From: Macrostomum hystrix
Lineage: Eukaryota > Animalia > Platyhelminthes
Assembly: GCA_950097015.1 (NCBI GenBank)
Contig: CATNEN010000038.1
Coordinates: 23,746,001 to 23,810,000 of the forward strand
Reading direction: 5' to 3'
DNA: 64,000 bases
Under the pieces are notes generated by a model. That model saw only the letters and a program-made list of their open reading frames with translations, was not told the origin of the DNA and searched no databases. Of this stretch, positions 50,701-62,927 are shown piece after piece. The position numbers and the translations under genes are program-made. Numbering within the stretch: position 1 is the stretch's first letter; each line of letters opens with the position of its first letter.

Positions 50701-53700
50701 TGGGTAGAATGTGTGGGGTGAGGGGTAGATTGTGTGGAGTGGTGGGTAGACTGTGTGGGGTAAGGGGTAGACTGTGCGTGGTGAGGGGTAGATTGTGCGG
50801 GGTGAGTGGTAGATTGTGTGTGGTGAGGGGTACACTGTGCGGGTTGAGGGGTAGATTGTGTGGATTGAGGGGTAGATTGTGTGGAGTGGTGGGTCGACTG
50901 TGTGGGGTGAGGGGTAGACTGCGTGGGGTAAGGGGTAGATCGTGCGTGGTGAGGGGTAGATTGTGCGTGGTGATGAGTAGACTGTGTGGGGTGATTTGAT
51001 ATTCATCACTGATTTAGTGTTGATAATTCTCTGTATCAGTTTTGCAGTTTGTTTATAAATTTGTGTTGCATCGATTGCATTGGTACGCAGATTCCCACGC
51101 ACATAAAAGAATGTATCCAAATCAAAGGCGAAAAAGCGAAAAAGAAAAAGAAATTCATAATGTAAAAGTCAATGGATACTTTTTGGTTAGGCCAAATTCG
51201 CAATTCTCTATTGTTATCCGAAATATATTTACATTATATCAGAGAAGTTGCTTGTAATATTAAAATATAGCTCTAACTAACAATGTGATAAAGACACTGC
51301 GAAAATGGGAGCGAGAAAGAGAGTGGGGAGAAAGAGAGGGGAGAAAGATAGAGAGAGGAAGTATAGATGTGGGAGTAAAAGGAGGGGAGAAAAATATAAA
51401 GAGAGAGCAGAAAGAGAGAGAGGGAAGAAAGAGAGAGGGAGGAAGAGAGAGGGGGAGAAAGAGAGAGTGGGAGAAAGAGAGAGAAAGAGAGAGTCAAGAA
51501 AAAAGGGTAGAAATAGAGAGGGGTGAGAAAGAGAGAGAGGAGGAAGAGAGAGGGGGAGAAAGAGAGAGAGGGGAGAAAGAGGGAGAGGGGAGAAAGAGTG
51601 AGGGGAGAAAGAGAGAGGAAGAAAGAGAGAGTCAAGAAAAAGGGGGAGAAAGAGAGAGGGTAGAAATAGAGAGGGGTGAGAAAGAGAGAGAGGAGGAAGA
51701 GAGAGGGGGAGAAAGAGAGAGAGGGGAGAAAGAGGGATAGGGGAGAAAGAGTGAGGGGAGAAAGAGAGAGGAAGAAAGAGAGAGTCAAGAAAAAGGGGGA
51801 GAAAGAGAGAGGGTAGAAATAGAGAGGGGTGAGAAAGAGAGAGAGGAGGAAGAGAGAGAGGAGGAAGAGAGAGAGGAGAAAGAGAGAGAGGAGGAAGAGA
51901 GAGGGGGAGAAAGAGAGAGAGGGGAGAAAGAGGGAGAGGGGAGAAGGAGAGAGGGGAGAAAGAGAGGGGGAGAAAGAGAGAGGGGAGAAAGGGGGATGGG
52001 AGAAAGAGAGAGGGGCGAAAGAGATAGGGGAAGAAAGAGAGAGGGGGAGAATTATCGACTGAGAGAAAAATATTGGAGGAAGAGGTGCAGGACGAGCTAT
52101 GAAACAATGCAATAATAATCTATAGCTAATTGATTCAACATGCACAGATTTCAATTGGCCCCACAAAGTCTAACAGATTGAAGATCTCGTGTTACAGCAG
52201 TTATAAACTAGACACGGATAATTTCCTGTTTCTTTTGTGAATTCGCTTTTGTTTACTTTTTATTTCCAGGGTCTCTCTTGCATTTTCCTTCTTCTGTGTG
52301 CGGTGCGATTCGGGCTTTGGCCCAGTTCTCATACCATTCAGAAACGGACCGGGTGAATGACTGGGTTTGTTTGGTGTCATGTCACACCAAATGGTAGCTA
52401 TAGCACTGAACTGACTTATCTGTGCAACAAAATACGGGGCGCCCAAAGTGAAAACATAATTTATAATAAATAAATTGGCATAAAAGCAAGCCTGGCCAAT
52501 GCCTATTGTGAATGTTTTAAGCTTATTTAACCAGGTGTGCGTAAAATAACCAAACATCTCATTGTCTCTCATATATCTCAGTGGCTCTCTAATCAATCTC
52601 ACTGTCTCTCTCATGTATCTCACTGTCTCTTACCTATCTCACTGTCTCTCTTACCTATCTCACTGTCTCTCTTATCTATCTCACTGTCTCTTACCTATCT
52701 CACTGTCTCTCTTATCTATCTCACTGTCTCTCTTATCTATCTCACTGTCTCTTATCTATCTCACTGTCTCTCTTATCTATCTCACTGTCTCTCTTATCTA
52801 TCTCACTGTCTCTCTTATCTATCTCACTGTCTCTCTTATCTATCTCAGTGTCTCTCTTATCTATCTCACTGTCTCTCTTATCTATCTCACTGTCTCTCTT
52901 ATCTATCTCAGTGTCTCATATCTGTCTCATATTTCTCTATCTCATATTTTTCATCTGTCGCATTTATCCCAATCTATTTTCTCTCTAGTTCTAATTCTGT
53001 CTCTGTCTACCTCGGTAAAGTAGTCTCAGAAGTCTCTGTCTCTTCGATCGCCAAATTTATCCCCTACCCAGTTTTCGCTTCTGCCCAACCCGCATCTATT
53101 CTCCCTCTTCTACAAGGTCCGATCCCTATTTCCCGTCTCGTGTCCCGCCCGCATTTCTCCCGCGACCTAGTCCCGTTGCTCTTTCCGAATCGCGTGCAGC
53201 CGAACTCTTTCCAGAAAAAAACTTTTTTTTTCAATCTACGAATAAAATTGTTTTCATAGCATTGCGGAGAGGAATACAGAGACAGATATTAAACAGGATA
53301 AAGCTGAAACAAAACACACTTGTATTTGAGTATACCGACTCTGCTCTTCTTGGTTAATCTTACAGACTGGGGGGATTGTGAAAAAAATATTTCAGATAGG
53401 GAGAATTGGGTAAAGATTCTCTCAGATTGGGAGAATTTGGGGAACAGTCTTATAGATTGGGAGAATTAGGGGGAAGAATCTCTCAGATTGGGAGAATTGG
53501 GAAGAATCTCTCAGATTGGGAGAATTGGGAAGAATCTCTCAGATTGGGAGAATTCGAAAACAATCTCACAGATTTGGTAAAATTGGGGAACACTATTACA
53601 GGTTTGGTAAAATTGGGGAACAATCTCACAGGTTTGGTAAAATTGGGGAACAATCTCACAGATTTGGTAAAATTGGGGAACAATCTCACAGATTTGGTAA

Positions 53701-56560
53701 AATTGGGGAACAATCTCACAGGTTTGGTAAAATTGGGGAACAATCTCACAGATTTGGTAAAATTGGGGAACAATCTCACAGATTTGGTAAAATTGGGGAA
53801 CAATCTCACAGATTTGGTAAAATTGGGGAACAATCTCACAGGTTTGGTAAAATTGGGGAACAATCTCACAGATTTGGTAAAATTGGGGAACAATCTCACA
53901 GATTTGGTAAAATTGGGGAACAATCTCACAGATTTGGTAAAATTGGGGAACAATCTCACAGGTTTGGTAAAATTGGGGAACAATCTCACAGATTTGGTAA
54001 AATTGGGGAACAATCTCACAGATTTGGTAAAATTGGGGAACAATCTCACAGATTTGGTAAAATTGGGGAACAATCTTACAGATTTGGTAAAATTGGGGAA
54101 CAATCTCACAGGTTTGGTAAAATTGGGGAACAATCTCACAGGTTTGGTAAAATTGGGGAACAATATCACAGGTTTGGTAAAATTGGGGAACAATCTCACA
54201 GATTTGGTAAAATTGGGGAACAATCTCACAGGTTTGGTAAAATTGGGGAACACTATTACAGGTTTGGTAAAATTGGGGAACAATCTCACAGGTTTGGTAA
54301 AATTGGGGAACAATCTCACAGATTTGGTAAAATTGGGGAACAATCTCACAGGTTTGGTAAAATTGGGGAACACTATTACAGGTTTGGTAAAATTGGGGAA
54401 CAATCTCACAGATTTGGTAAAATTGGGGAACAATCTCACAGGTTTGGTAAAATTGGGGAACAATCTCACAGGTTTGGTAAAATTGGGGAACAATCTCACA
54501 GATTTGGTAAAATTGGGGAACAATCTCTCAGGTTTGGTAAAATTGGGGAACAATCTCACAGATTTGGTAAAATTGGGGAACAATCTCACAGGTTTGGTAA
54601 AATTGGGGAACAATCTCACAGATTTGGTAAAATTGGGGAACAATCTCTCAGGTTTGGTAAAATTGGGGAACAATCTTACAGGTTTGGTAAAATTGGGGAA
54701 CAATCTCACAGGTTTGGTAAAATTGGGGAACAATCTCACAGATTTGGTAAAATTGGGGAACAATCTCACAGGTTTGGTAAAATTGGGGAACAATCTCACA
54801 GATTTGGTAAAATTGGGGAACAATCTTACAGGTTTGGTAAAATTGGGGAACAATCTTACAGGTTTGGTAAAATTGGGGAACAATCTCACAGATTTGGTAA
54901 AATTGGGGAACAATCTCACAGATTTGGTAAAATTGGGGAACAATCTTACAGGTTTGGTAAAATTGGGGAACAATCTTACAGGTTTGGTAAAATTGGGGAA
55001 CAATCTCACAGATTTGGTAAAATTGGGGAACAATCTCACAGATTTGGTAAAATTGGGGAACAATCTCACAGATTTGGTAAAATTGGGGAACAATCTCACA
55101 GGTTTGGTAAAATTGGGGAATAATCTCACAGATTTGGTAAAATTGGGGAATAATCTCACAGATTTGGTAAAATTGGGGAACACTATTACAGGTTTGGTAA
55201 AATTGGGGAACAATCTCACAGGTTTGGTAAAATTGGGGAACAATCTCACAGATTTGGTAAAATTGGGGAACAATCTCACAGATTTGGTAAAATTGGGGAA
55301 CAATCTCACAGATTTGGTAAAATTGGGGAACAATCTCACAGATTTGGTAAAATTGGGGAACAATCTCACAGATTTGGTAAAATTGGGGAACAATCTCACA
55401 GATTTGGTAAAATTGGGGAACAATATCACAGGTTTGGTAAAATTGGGGAACAATCTCACAGGTTTGGTAAAATTGGGGAACAATCTCACAGGTTTGGTAA
55501 AATTGGGGAACAATCTCACAGATTTGGTAAAATTGGGGAACAATCTCACAGATTTGGTAAAATTGGGGAACAATCTCACAGATTTGGTAAAATTGGGGAA
55601 CAATATCACAGGTTTGGTAAAATTGGGGAACAATCTCACAGATTTGGTAAAATTGGGGAACAATATCACAGGTTTGGTAAAATTGGGGAACAATCTCACA
55701 GATTTGGTAAAATTGGGGAACAATCTCACAGGTTTGGTAAAATTGGGGAACACTATTACAGGTTTGGTAAAATTGGGAAACATAATATGGAAATAAGCTA
55801 TTTTCATATGGAAAAATGAAATTCTTCATAAATTTTTAGCTTCCAAAGGCCTGCTCAGAAAGATAAACGCTGCTCAGTCTGCCTTCTTTGAGTCTTTGAA
55901 AGCCTTCACAGATATTATGAGTCGTATTTTGAATATCTCCGAGTTTCTTAAGCCCCAAACTGAACAAATTCCCAAAGTAAAAGCTCAGTTTAATCATCGC
56001 CCATGTTATTATTATGATTGCGTTAATAATTTCCCATAATTAGCTTGGGAGAAATTATTTAGAAATGGGCGCCACCTGCTGGTCCGCTGTGGGAAATATC
56101 TCCCACCCCCTCCTGATGGGGATTAACTAACAAGCCAAAGCAAACATGGTCAGGATGAGAGTGGGACTGCATGCGCCATGAGGGATGATTGAATCGAGTG
56201 TTGTGACAGCCCGCTGGGAGGTCCATTGGAAGCGGCCGTGCGTGTAAGGTGTGTTAGGTTTGGGATAAAAATCCCTTGTCTAGGGCATCGCTAACCCTTC
56301 AAGTCGAATAAGGATTTTGATTGCGAGCAATGAGCAGTGCTTCACTTAAAAATCGGTTTAGCATTTTTTCTATAGGATAAAAATTTGACTGCCAATCGAC
56401 AAGCGACTGACCATTTTATGTGACCTATTTTGATTTGGAAATTATCAATCATTTTCAGCACTATCCAACACTGCCGTTGGTTCGAGGCGATCAGATTCTA
56501 GAAGAATTTCATGACCCAGTTAGCGTTAAAGTGCATACAATTAAAACTGCTGGTTGCGGC

Positions 56561-56595
<35 letters not shown>

Positions 56596-59500
56596 ACCTG
56601 CCGAAATAAACACCTGTGAGTTTGTGAGAAGTTTCAGAAATTTACGGTTAGAATGCTTTTAAGGTTTATTCTTACTTATCAGTGATTCTTAACTCGTATT
56701 TAAACTTTTACTCTCTGTTCACTCACATTTTCACTTAAACTTTCACTCTGATATTCACAATCTTTTCAGTCTAACTTTCACTCTACAAGTCACTCTCCAT
56801 GTCACAGTCCTTTCCCTAGCCATTTCATGTATTCAACCCCAAAGTCCTATACAAAAATTTAAGCTGTCAAAAGTTCTCATTGATGAAACTCTAAAAAACG
56901 TTTTATATTTGTGCTCAACTTTTTACTCGTTGATAAATGAGTCAACTAATTTACAAAGTCTGCACAATACCGCTTGGTTTTATAAGCAGACAGCCAGTGA
57001 TGTTTAAATTGTAACTTAACTGCTTTTTTTAACGAAAGATAATTGTACAGTAAGTGGGTTAAAATGTTATCCCAAAATGAGCTAGCAATTTCTAGTCAAG
57101 CCCTAGTGCCTAATTTATGACTTTGTTTAAACTGTTCAAAACCCAAAGCCCTCCCCAATACTTTCTTCCTGTTTGATCTGTCCCGAAAAAGCCAATCGCT
57201 CCTAGTACCGCCCTTCGCTATTTAAACAACTGCTAATTGAGTTCCTGACAAGCTAATCCCAGACCATGTATCGATTCGCTAGCGTGTGTAAGTTCGGCTT
57301 GGACCTTACAAACTTTCTAGCAAAATATGTTGTCTAACATTATTGCTTAGTTAAACACAAGCAATTTGTATAACAATCTGTCACTCTCTGACATCCCAAT
57401 CTCTCACTCTCTGACATCCCAATCTGTCACTCTCTGACATCCCAATCTGTCACTCTCTGACATCCCAATCTGTCACTCTCTGACATCCCAATCTGTCACT
57501 CTCTGACATCCCAATCTGTCACTCTCTGACATCCCGATCTGTCACTCTCTGACATCCCAATCTGTCACTCTCTGACATCCCAATCTGTCACTCTCTGACA
57601 TCCCCATCTCACACTCTCTGACATCCCAATCTGTCACTCTCTGACATCCCCATCTGTCACTCTCTGACATCCCAATCTCTCACTCTCTGACATCCCCATC
57701 TGTCACTTTCTGACATCCCAATCTGTCACTCTCTGACATCCCAATCTGTCACTCTCTGACATCCCAATCTCTCACTCTCTGACATCCCCATCTGTCACTC
57801 TCTGACATCCCAATCTGTCACTCTCTGACATCCCAATCTCTCACTCTCTGACATCCCGATCTGTCACTCTCTGACATCCCAATCTCTCACTCTCTGACAT
57901 CCCAATCTGTCACTCTCTGACATCCCAATCTCTCACTCTCTGACATCCCGATCTGTCACTCTCTGACATCCCAATCTGTCACTCTCTGACATCCCCATCT
58001 GTCACTCTCTGACATCCCCATCTGTCACTCTCTGACATCCCAATCTCTCACTCTCTGACATCCCCATCTGTCACTCTCTGACATCCCAATCTCTCACTCT
58101 CTGACATCCCAATCTGTCACTCTCTGACATCCCAATCTGTCACTCTCTGACATCCCAATCTGTCACTCTCTGACATCCCAATCTGTCACTTTCTGACATC
58201 CCAATCTGTCACTCTCTGACATCCCAATCTGTCACTCTCTGACATCCCAATCTGTCACTCTCTGACATCCCAATCTGTCACTTTCTGACATCCCAATCTG
58301 TCACTCTCTGACATCCCCATCTGTCACTCTCTGACATCCCAATCTGTCACTCTCTGACATCCCCATCTGTCACTCTCTGACATCCCAATCTGTCACTCTC
58401 TGACATCCCAATCTCTCACTCTCTGACATCCCAATCTGTCACTCTCTGACATCCCCATCTGTCACTCTCTGACATCCCCATCTGTCACTCTCTGACATCC
58501 CAATCTGTCACTCTCTGACATCCCGATCTGTCACTCTCTGACATCCCAATCTGTCACTCTCTGACATCCCAATCTGTCACTCTCTGACATCCCAATCTCT
58601 CACTCTCTGACATCCCAATCTCTCACTCTCTGACATCCCAATCTGTCACTCTCTGACATCCCAATCTGTCACTCTCTGACATCCCAATCTGTCACTCTCT
58701 GACATCCCAATCTGTCACTCTCTGACATCCCAATCTGTCACTCTCTGACATCCCAATCTGTCACTCTCTGACATCCCGATCTGTCACTCTCTGACATCCT
58801 TATCTCTCACTCTCTGACATCCCGATCTGTCACTCTCTGACATCCCAATCTCTCACTCTCTGACATCCCGATCTGTCACTCTCAATAAGTGTCTTCTGTC
58901 ACTCTCAATACGTGTCTTCTGTCACTCTCAATACGTGGCTTCTGTCACTCTCAATACGTGGCTTCTGTCACTCTCAATACATGTCTTCTGTCACTCTCTA
59001 GACGTGTCTTCTGTCACTCTCAATACGTGGCTTCTGTCACTCTCAATACGTGGCTTCTGTCACTCTCAATACGTGGCTTCTGTCACTCTCTAGACGTGTC
59101 TTCTGTCACTCTCTAGACGTGTCTTCTGTCACTCTCTAGACATGTCTTCTGTCACTCTCTAGACGTGTCTTCTGTCACTCTCTAGACGTGTCTTCTGTCA
59201 CTCTCAATACATGTCTTCTGTCACTCTCTAGACGTGTCTTCTGTCACTCTCTAGACGTGTCTTCTGTCACTCTCAATACATGTCTTCTGTCACTCTCTAG
59301 ACGTGTCTTCTGTCACTCTCAATACATGTCTTCTGTCACTCTCTAGACGTGTCTTCTGTCACTCTCTAGACGTGTCTTCTGTCACTCTCAATACATGTCT
59401 TCTGTCACTCTCTAGACGTGTCTTCTGTCACTCTCAATACATGTCTTCTGTCACTCTCTAGACGTGTCTTCTGTCACTCTCTAGACGTGTCTTCTGTCAC

Positions 59501-61521
59501 TCTCTAGACGTGTCTTCTGTCACTCTCAATACATGTCTTCTGTCACTCTCTAGACATGTCTTCTGTCACTCTCAATACATGTCTTCTGTCACTCTCTAGA
59601 CGTGTCTTCTGTCACTCTCTAGACGTGTCTTCTGTCACTCTCAATACATGTCTTCTGTCACTCTCTAGACGTGTCTTCTGTCACTCTCTAGACGTGTCTT
59701 CTGTCACTCTCAATACATGTCTTCTGTCACTCTCTAGACGTGTCTTCTGTCACTCTCAATACATGTCTTCTGTCACTCTCAATACGTGTCTTCTGTCACT
59801 CTCAATACATGTCTTCTGTCACTCTCAATACGTGTCTTCTGTCACTCTCAATACATGTCTTCTGTCACTCTCTAGACGTGTCTTCTGTCACTCTCTAGAC
59901 GTGTCTTCTGTCACTCTCTAGACATGTCTTCTGTCACTCTCAATACGTGGCTTCTGTCACTCTCAATACATGTCTTCTGTCACTCTCAATACGTGTCTTC
60001 TGTCACTCTCAATACATGTCTTCTGTCACTCTCAATACGTGTCTTCTGTCACTCTCAATACGTGTCTTCTGTCACTCTCAATACATGTCTTCTGTCACTC
60101 TCAATACGTGTCTTCTGTCACTCTCAATACGTGGCTTCTAACATATTCCAACTCTCGAACATCTATTCGTGAGTAAAATTGCTCAAGCTTTAGCGAGTAA
60201 AGATTTGGATCAACTGAGACACTGGGCAGAACACTGATCCCTTGGGAAAGATTTCCTTAAGAAAGAATTTGCGGTTGGGAGAATGATTGAATCTGGGGTG
60301 GGGAGAATCGGAGTGAAGTATATAGGCTACACCTGAGCTTATCAGACCGATTCGGTATTAGGCGCCAATGCTAAAAAGAGTAGAAATTGATTGAAGTCTT
60401 ACAGATACAACCGGTTTTTATTATCTGCAAATAGATCTATAGAAACTTAAAACCGAAAAAATAGATTGTGCACCTTGCCTTGCATGCCCAGTGTGTCTGA
60501 TCGTCTTTTTGGATAAAGGCCTCACTATCACATTACCGTGTGTTCGAGTATCTCTGTACGTACTCACCTCCACCCGAACTGACAAAAATGGGGAACTCAT
60601 TAATTTTTTCATTTCACTTCACTTGTAGACTCTTTGGGATTCTATAGCATCTGTTATAGTGCTCACGAAACATGTCTAACAGGTAGATTTATTTTACTGA
60701 ACATGTCTAACAGGTAGATAATGGTTCTGGACATGTCTAACAGGTAGATAATAGTACTGGACATGTCAAAAAGGTAGATAATGGTACTGAACATGTCTAA
60801 CAGGTAGATCATGGTACTGAACATGTCTAACAGGTAGATAATGGTACTGAACATGTCTAACAGGTAGATCATGGTACTGAACATGTCTAACAGGTAGATA
60901 ATGGTACTAGACATGCCTAACAGCTAGAGAATGGTACTAGACATGCCTAACAGCTAGAGAATGGTACTAAACATGCCTAACAGCTAGAGAATGGTACTAG
61001 ACATGCCTAACAGGTAGATAATGGTACTAGACATGCCTAACAGGTAGATAATGGTACTAGACATGCCTAACAGCTAGATAATGGTACTGAACGTGTCTAA
61101 CAGGTAGAGAATTGTACTAACATGTCTAACATGTAGATAATGGTACTGTACATGTCTAACAGCTAGATAATGGTACTGAACGTGTCTAACAGGTAGATAA
61201 AAGTACTAAACATGTCTAACAGCTAGATAATGGTACTGAACGTGTCTAACAGGTAGATAATGACGTTAAACATCTCGAGCAGTAAATTTATGATAATATA
61301 TCTTAACGAACAAAAAATGTAAGCAAAACCAAACATATTAACCATCAGCAGTGCCACTTATGTCCCGCAGACTATAGAATTCCTGTCTCCGATGAGAGCT
61401 ACGAAAAGAACTACCTAATCAGCCAGCGTCAGCAGCATAGCCGTCATCAGGAGCTTAGTCCGTCAGCGGTTTACCAGACCTCAGAACAGTTTCAACAACT
61501 TCACGGCTACCAGATTCTGCA

Positions 61522-61556
<35 letters not shown>

Positions 61557-61714
61557 TGGCACACTCTCTGCCAAGCAGCCCGTGTGCTGTGGACAGAGTT
61601 GGTCGAACTGCCAAGCGACAGAACCAATTTCAAAATATTCAGCAGCAACAGCAGCAGCAGCAGCAGCATCAGCAGAGCACTAGGTTTAATTTGGTGTCAT
61701 CTTCGTTTGTGTAA
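38710..61714 (+). CDS. Protocadherin with 7 cadherin repeats, about 1075 aa; exons 38710-39294, 41071-41395, 41892-42436, 42911-43333, 44003-44221, 49317-49580, 50238-50603, 56459-56615, 61371-61714
   Basis: Signal peptide; EC1 LDRDALC..CC..C; DxNDN linkers (DLNDNAP, DRNDNAP, DVNDEPP, NLNDNRP, DINDNRP, DVNDNAP); DRE/DYE and AxDxGxP motifs; TM LVLIVCLVIMASLLALVFLAIIGWL; cytoplasmic polyG/polyQ tail ending SSFV*. Phases are consistent. The two cytoplasmic exons are less certain. Confidence 0.88.
39380..41000. repeat. 23/25-bp minisatellite (GAATCTGACATTCCCAGGTCATA[TG])n filling protocadherin intron 1
   Basis: Tandem repeat; the 3' half is a regular 48-bp dimer. Confidence 0.97.
41437..41818. 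repeat. 13-bp minisatellite (GGGAGAGATCACA)n in intron 2
   Basis: Tandem repeat. Confidence 0.93.
42482..42855. repeat. 65-bp tandem repeat, about 5.7 near-identical copies, in intron 3
   Basis: Unit ATTTCTCTGCCCCGAGTGTACATTGAATTCCGTCCCCCAAACTGGAGTGTGCGAACATCGTCGAG. Confidence 0.96.
43854..43975. repeat. Unclassified dispersed repeat, homolog of 31058-31188 in opposite orientation
   Basis: Visual alignment over about 120 bp. Confidence 0.75.
44275..44568 (-). mobile_element. tRNA-derived SINE family B, near full length, antisense in protocadherin intron 5
   Basis: Minus-strand head with A box TGGCAGAGTGG and B box GCTCGATTCC. The body matches 16320-16435. Confidence 0.8.
45270..45990. repeat. 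12-bp purine-rich repeat (GGAGAGAGGAA[C/T/G])n
   Basis: Tandem repeat in intron 5. Confidence 0.95.
46298..47780. repeat. 16-bp almost pure polypurine repeat (GAAGAGAGGAAG[A/G]GAA)n
   Basis: About 1.5 kb of nearly only A/G. Confidence 0.96.
48492..49250. repeat. 33-34 bp purine-rich repeat (GAAGAGGAAGAGGAGAAAGTGGAAGGCGAGGGGA-like)
   Basis: Tandem repeat ending about 65 bp before exon 6. Confidence 0.93.
49592..50190. repeat. Polypyrimidine repeat (CTCTCCCCTTTCTCTCCT-like) filling intron 6
   Basis: Lies between the donor at 49581 and the acceptor at 50237. Confidence 0.92.
50610..50995. repeat. 21-bp G/T-rich minisatellite (GAGGGGTAGATTGTGTGGAGT)n at the start of intron 7
   Basis: About 18 units. 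Confidence 0.92.
51308..52050. repeat. Polypurine low-complexity tract with internal block duplications
   Basis: The block GAGAGTCAAGAAAA...GTAGAAATAGAGAGGGGTGAG recurs three times. Confidence 0.9.
52560..52940. repeat. 19-21 bp minisatellite (TATCTATCTCACTGTCTCTCT)n
   Basis: Tandem repeat. Confidence 0.92.
53400..55781. repeat. 30-bp minisatellite (AATTGGGGAACAATCTCACAG[A/G]TTTGGTAA)n, about 74 units, preceded by a degenerate related 28-30 bp array
   Basis: Highly homogeneous tandem repeat in intron 7. Confidence 0.98.
57376..58882. repeat. 23-bp minisatellite (CTGACATCCCAATCTGTCACTCT)n in intron 8
   Basis: About 65 units. Confidence 0.97.
58883..60138. repeat. 23-bp minisatellite (TCTGTCACTCTC[AATAC/TAGAC][G/A]TGTCT)n directly abutting the previous array
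   Basis: Shares TCTGTCACTCTC with the previous array, in register. Confidence 0.97.
60670..61260. repeat. 30-bp minisatellite (ACATGTCTAACAGGTAGATAATGGTACTGA)n
   Basis: About 20 units, ending about 110 bp before the last exon. Confidence 0.95.
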
Positions 61715-61974
61715 AAAATGTTATCGGAAAATATAAAAAACTCGTCTAATTGTACAGCTTACTTGTACAGTAACTTTTACTTCATCTACAAAAAAATCAA
61801 TTCAAGATTTGAAATAAAATGTTTGGCAAGTAAATTTTAAACTTAAATAATATTATGACAATATAGCATAAGCGATAATTTGTTTGTCTAAAAATGATAT
61901 TCATCTTGCTTCCGCCTTTATAAAAGAAAAACATAATTATTTTTGAGCAAGCTTAATACTCTGGCTCTTAATAA

Positions 61975-62411
61975 CATCACATGACTCACCTGATAATATC
62001 CTATGACTCACCTGATGACATCCCATGGCTCACCTGATGACATCCCATGGCTCACCTGATGATATACCATGACTCACCTGATGACATCACATGACTCACC
62101 TGATGACATCCCATGACTCACCTGATGACATCACATGACTCACCTGATGACATCCCATGGCTCACCTGATGATATTCCATGACTCACCTGATGACATCAC
62201 ATGACTCACCTGATGACATCCCGTGGCTCACCTGATGATATTCCATGACTCACCTGATGACATCACATGACTCACCTGATGACATCCCATGACTCACCTG
62301 ATGACATCCCATGACTCACCTGATGACATCCCATGGCTCGCCTGATGAAATCCCATGACTCACCTCATGATGTTCCATGACTCACCTGATGACGTCCCAT
62401 GACTCACCTGA
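61975..62411. repeat. 22-bp minisatellite (CATGACTCACCTGATGACATCC)n
   Basis: About 19 units. Confidence 0.95.
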
Positions 62412-62927
62412 ATATTTTATAATCAAATGATAATCTATTTTTATGCATTAATTATAGGTCTTCTTTAAACTAATGAAATTCAAATAAATGTTTAAAAAAT
62501 TCTCGAAATTTGCATGACTTTATTGACCAATAGGACTTACTAATCCTCTATAAAGATTAATAAAAATTGATTTCCTGTTCGAATATTAGTCGGATGAATT
62601 TGTACTAATCTGCATGCATAAGTTTATCTAATCGGAAGAATATTAAATACTAAATAGGTTGGTTTCTTAAGGCCCTCAATTATATAGATTTAATATTATT
62701 AGTACATTCGCGCATTAGGCCAGACAAATGAAAAGTTCAACGATGTGTGACAGATCGACACGTGGACTGCTTCAAATTTCTAATCAACGGATGCATTTTG
62801 TAACAAATACAAGTTACGCTACCTTTGTAGATCGTGTTTCCGTGGCGTTTCCTAGCTGCTATGATCTGTCAGTTCTGAATTAAATGCTTCACTGAACATT
62901 ATAACATTAGATTTTTCATTTTAATAG

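Noticed and set aside
53406-55829. 796-aa ORF resembling a leucine-rich repeat (LGNNLTDLVK)n and overlapping long ORFs
   Set aside because: A 30-bp unit is stop-free in several frames on both strands, shows no codon-position bias in variation, and lies in a protocadherin intron.
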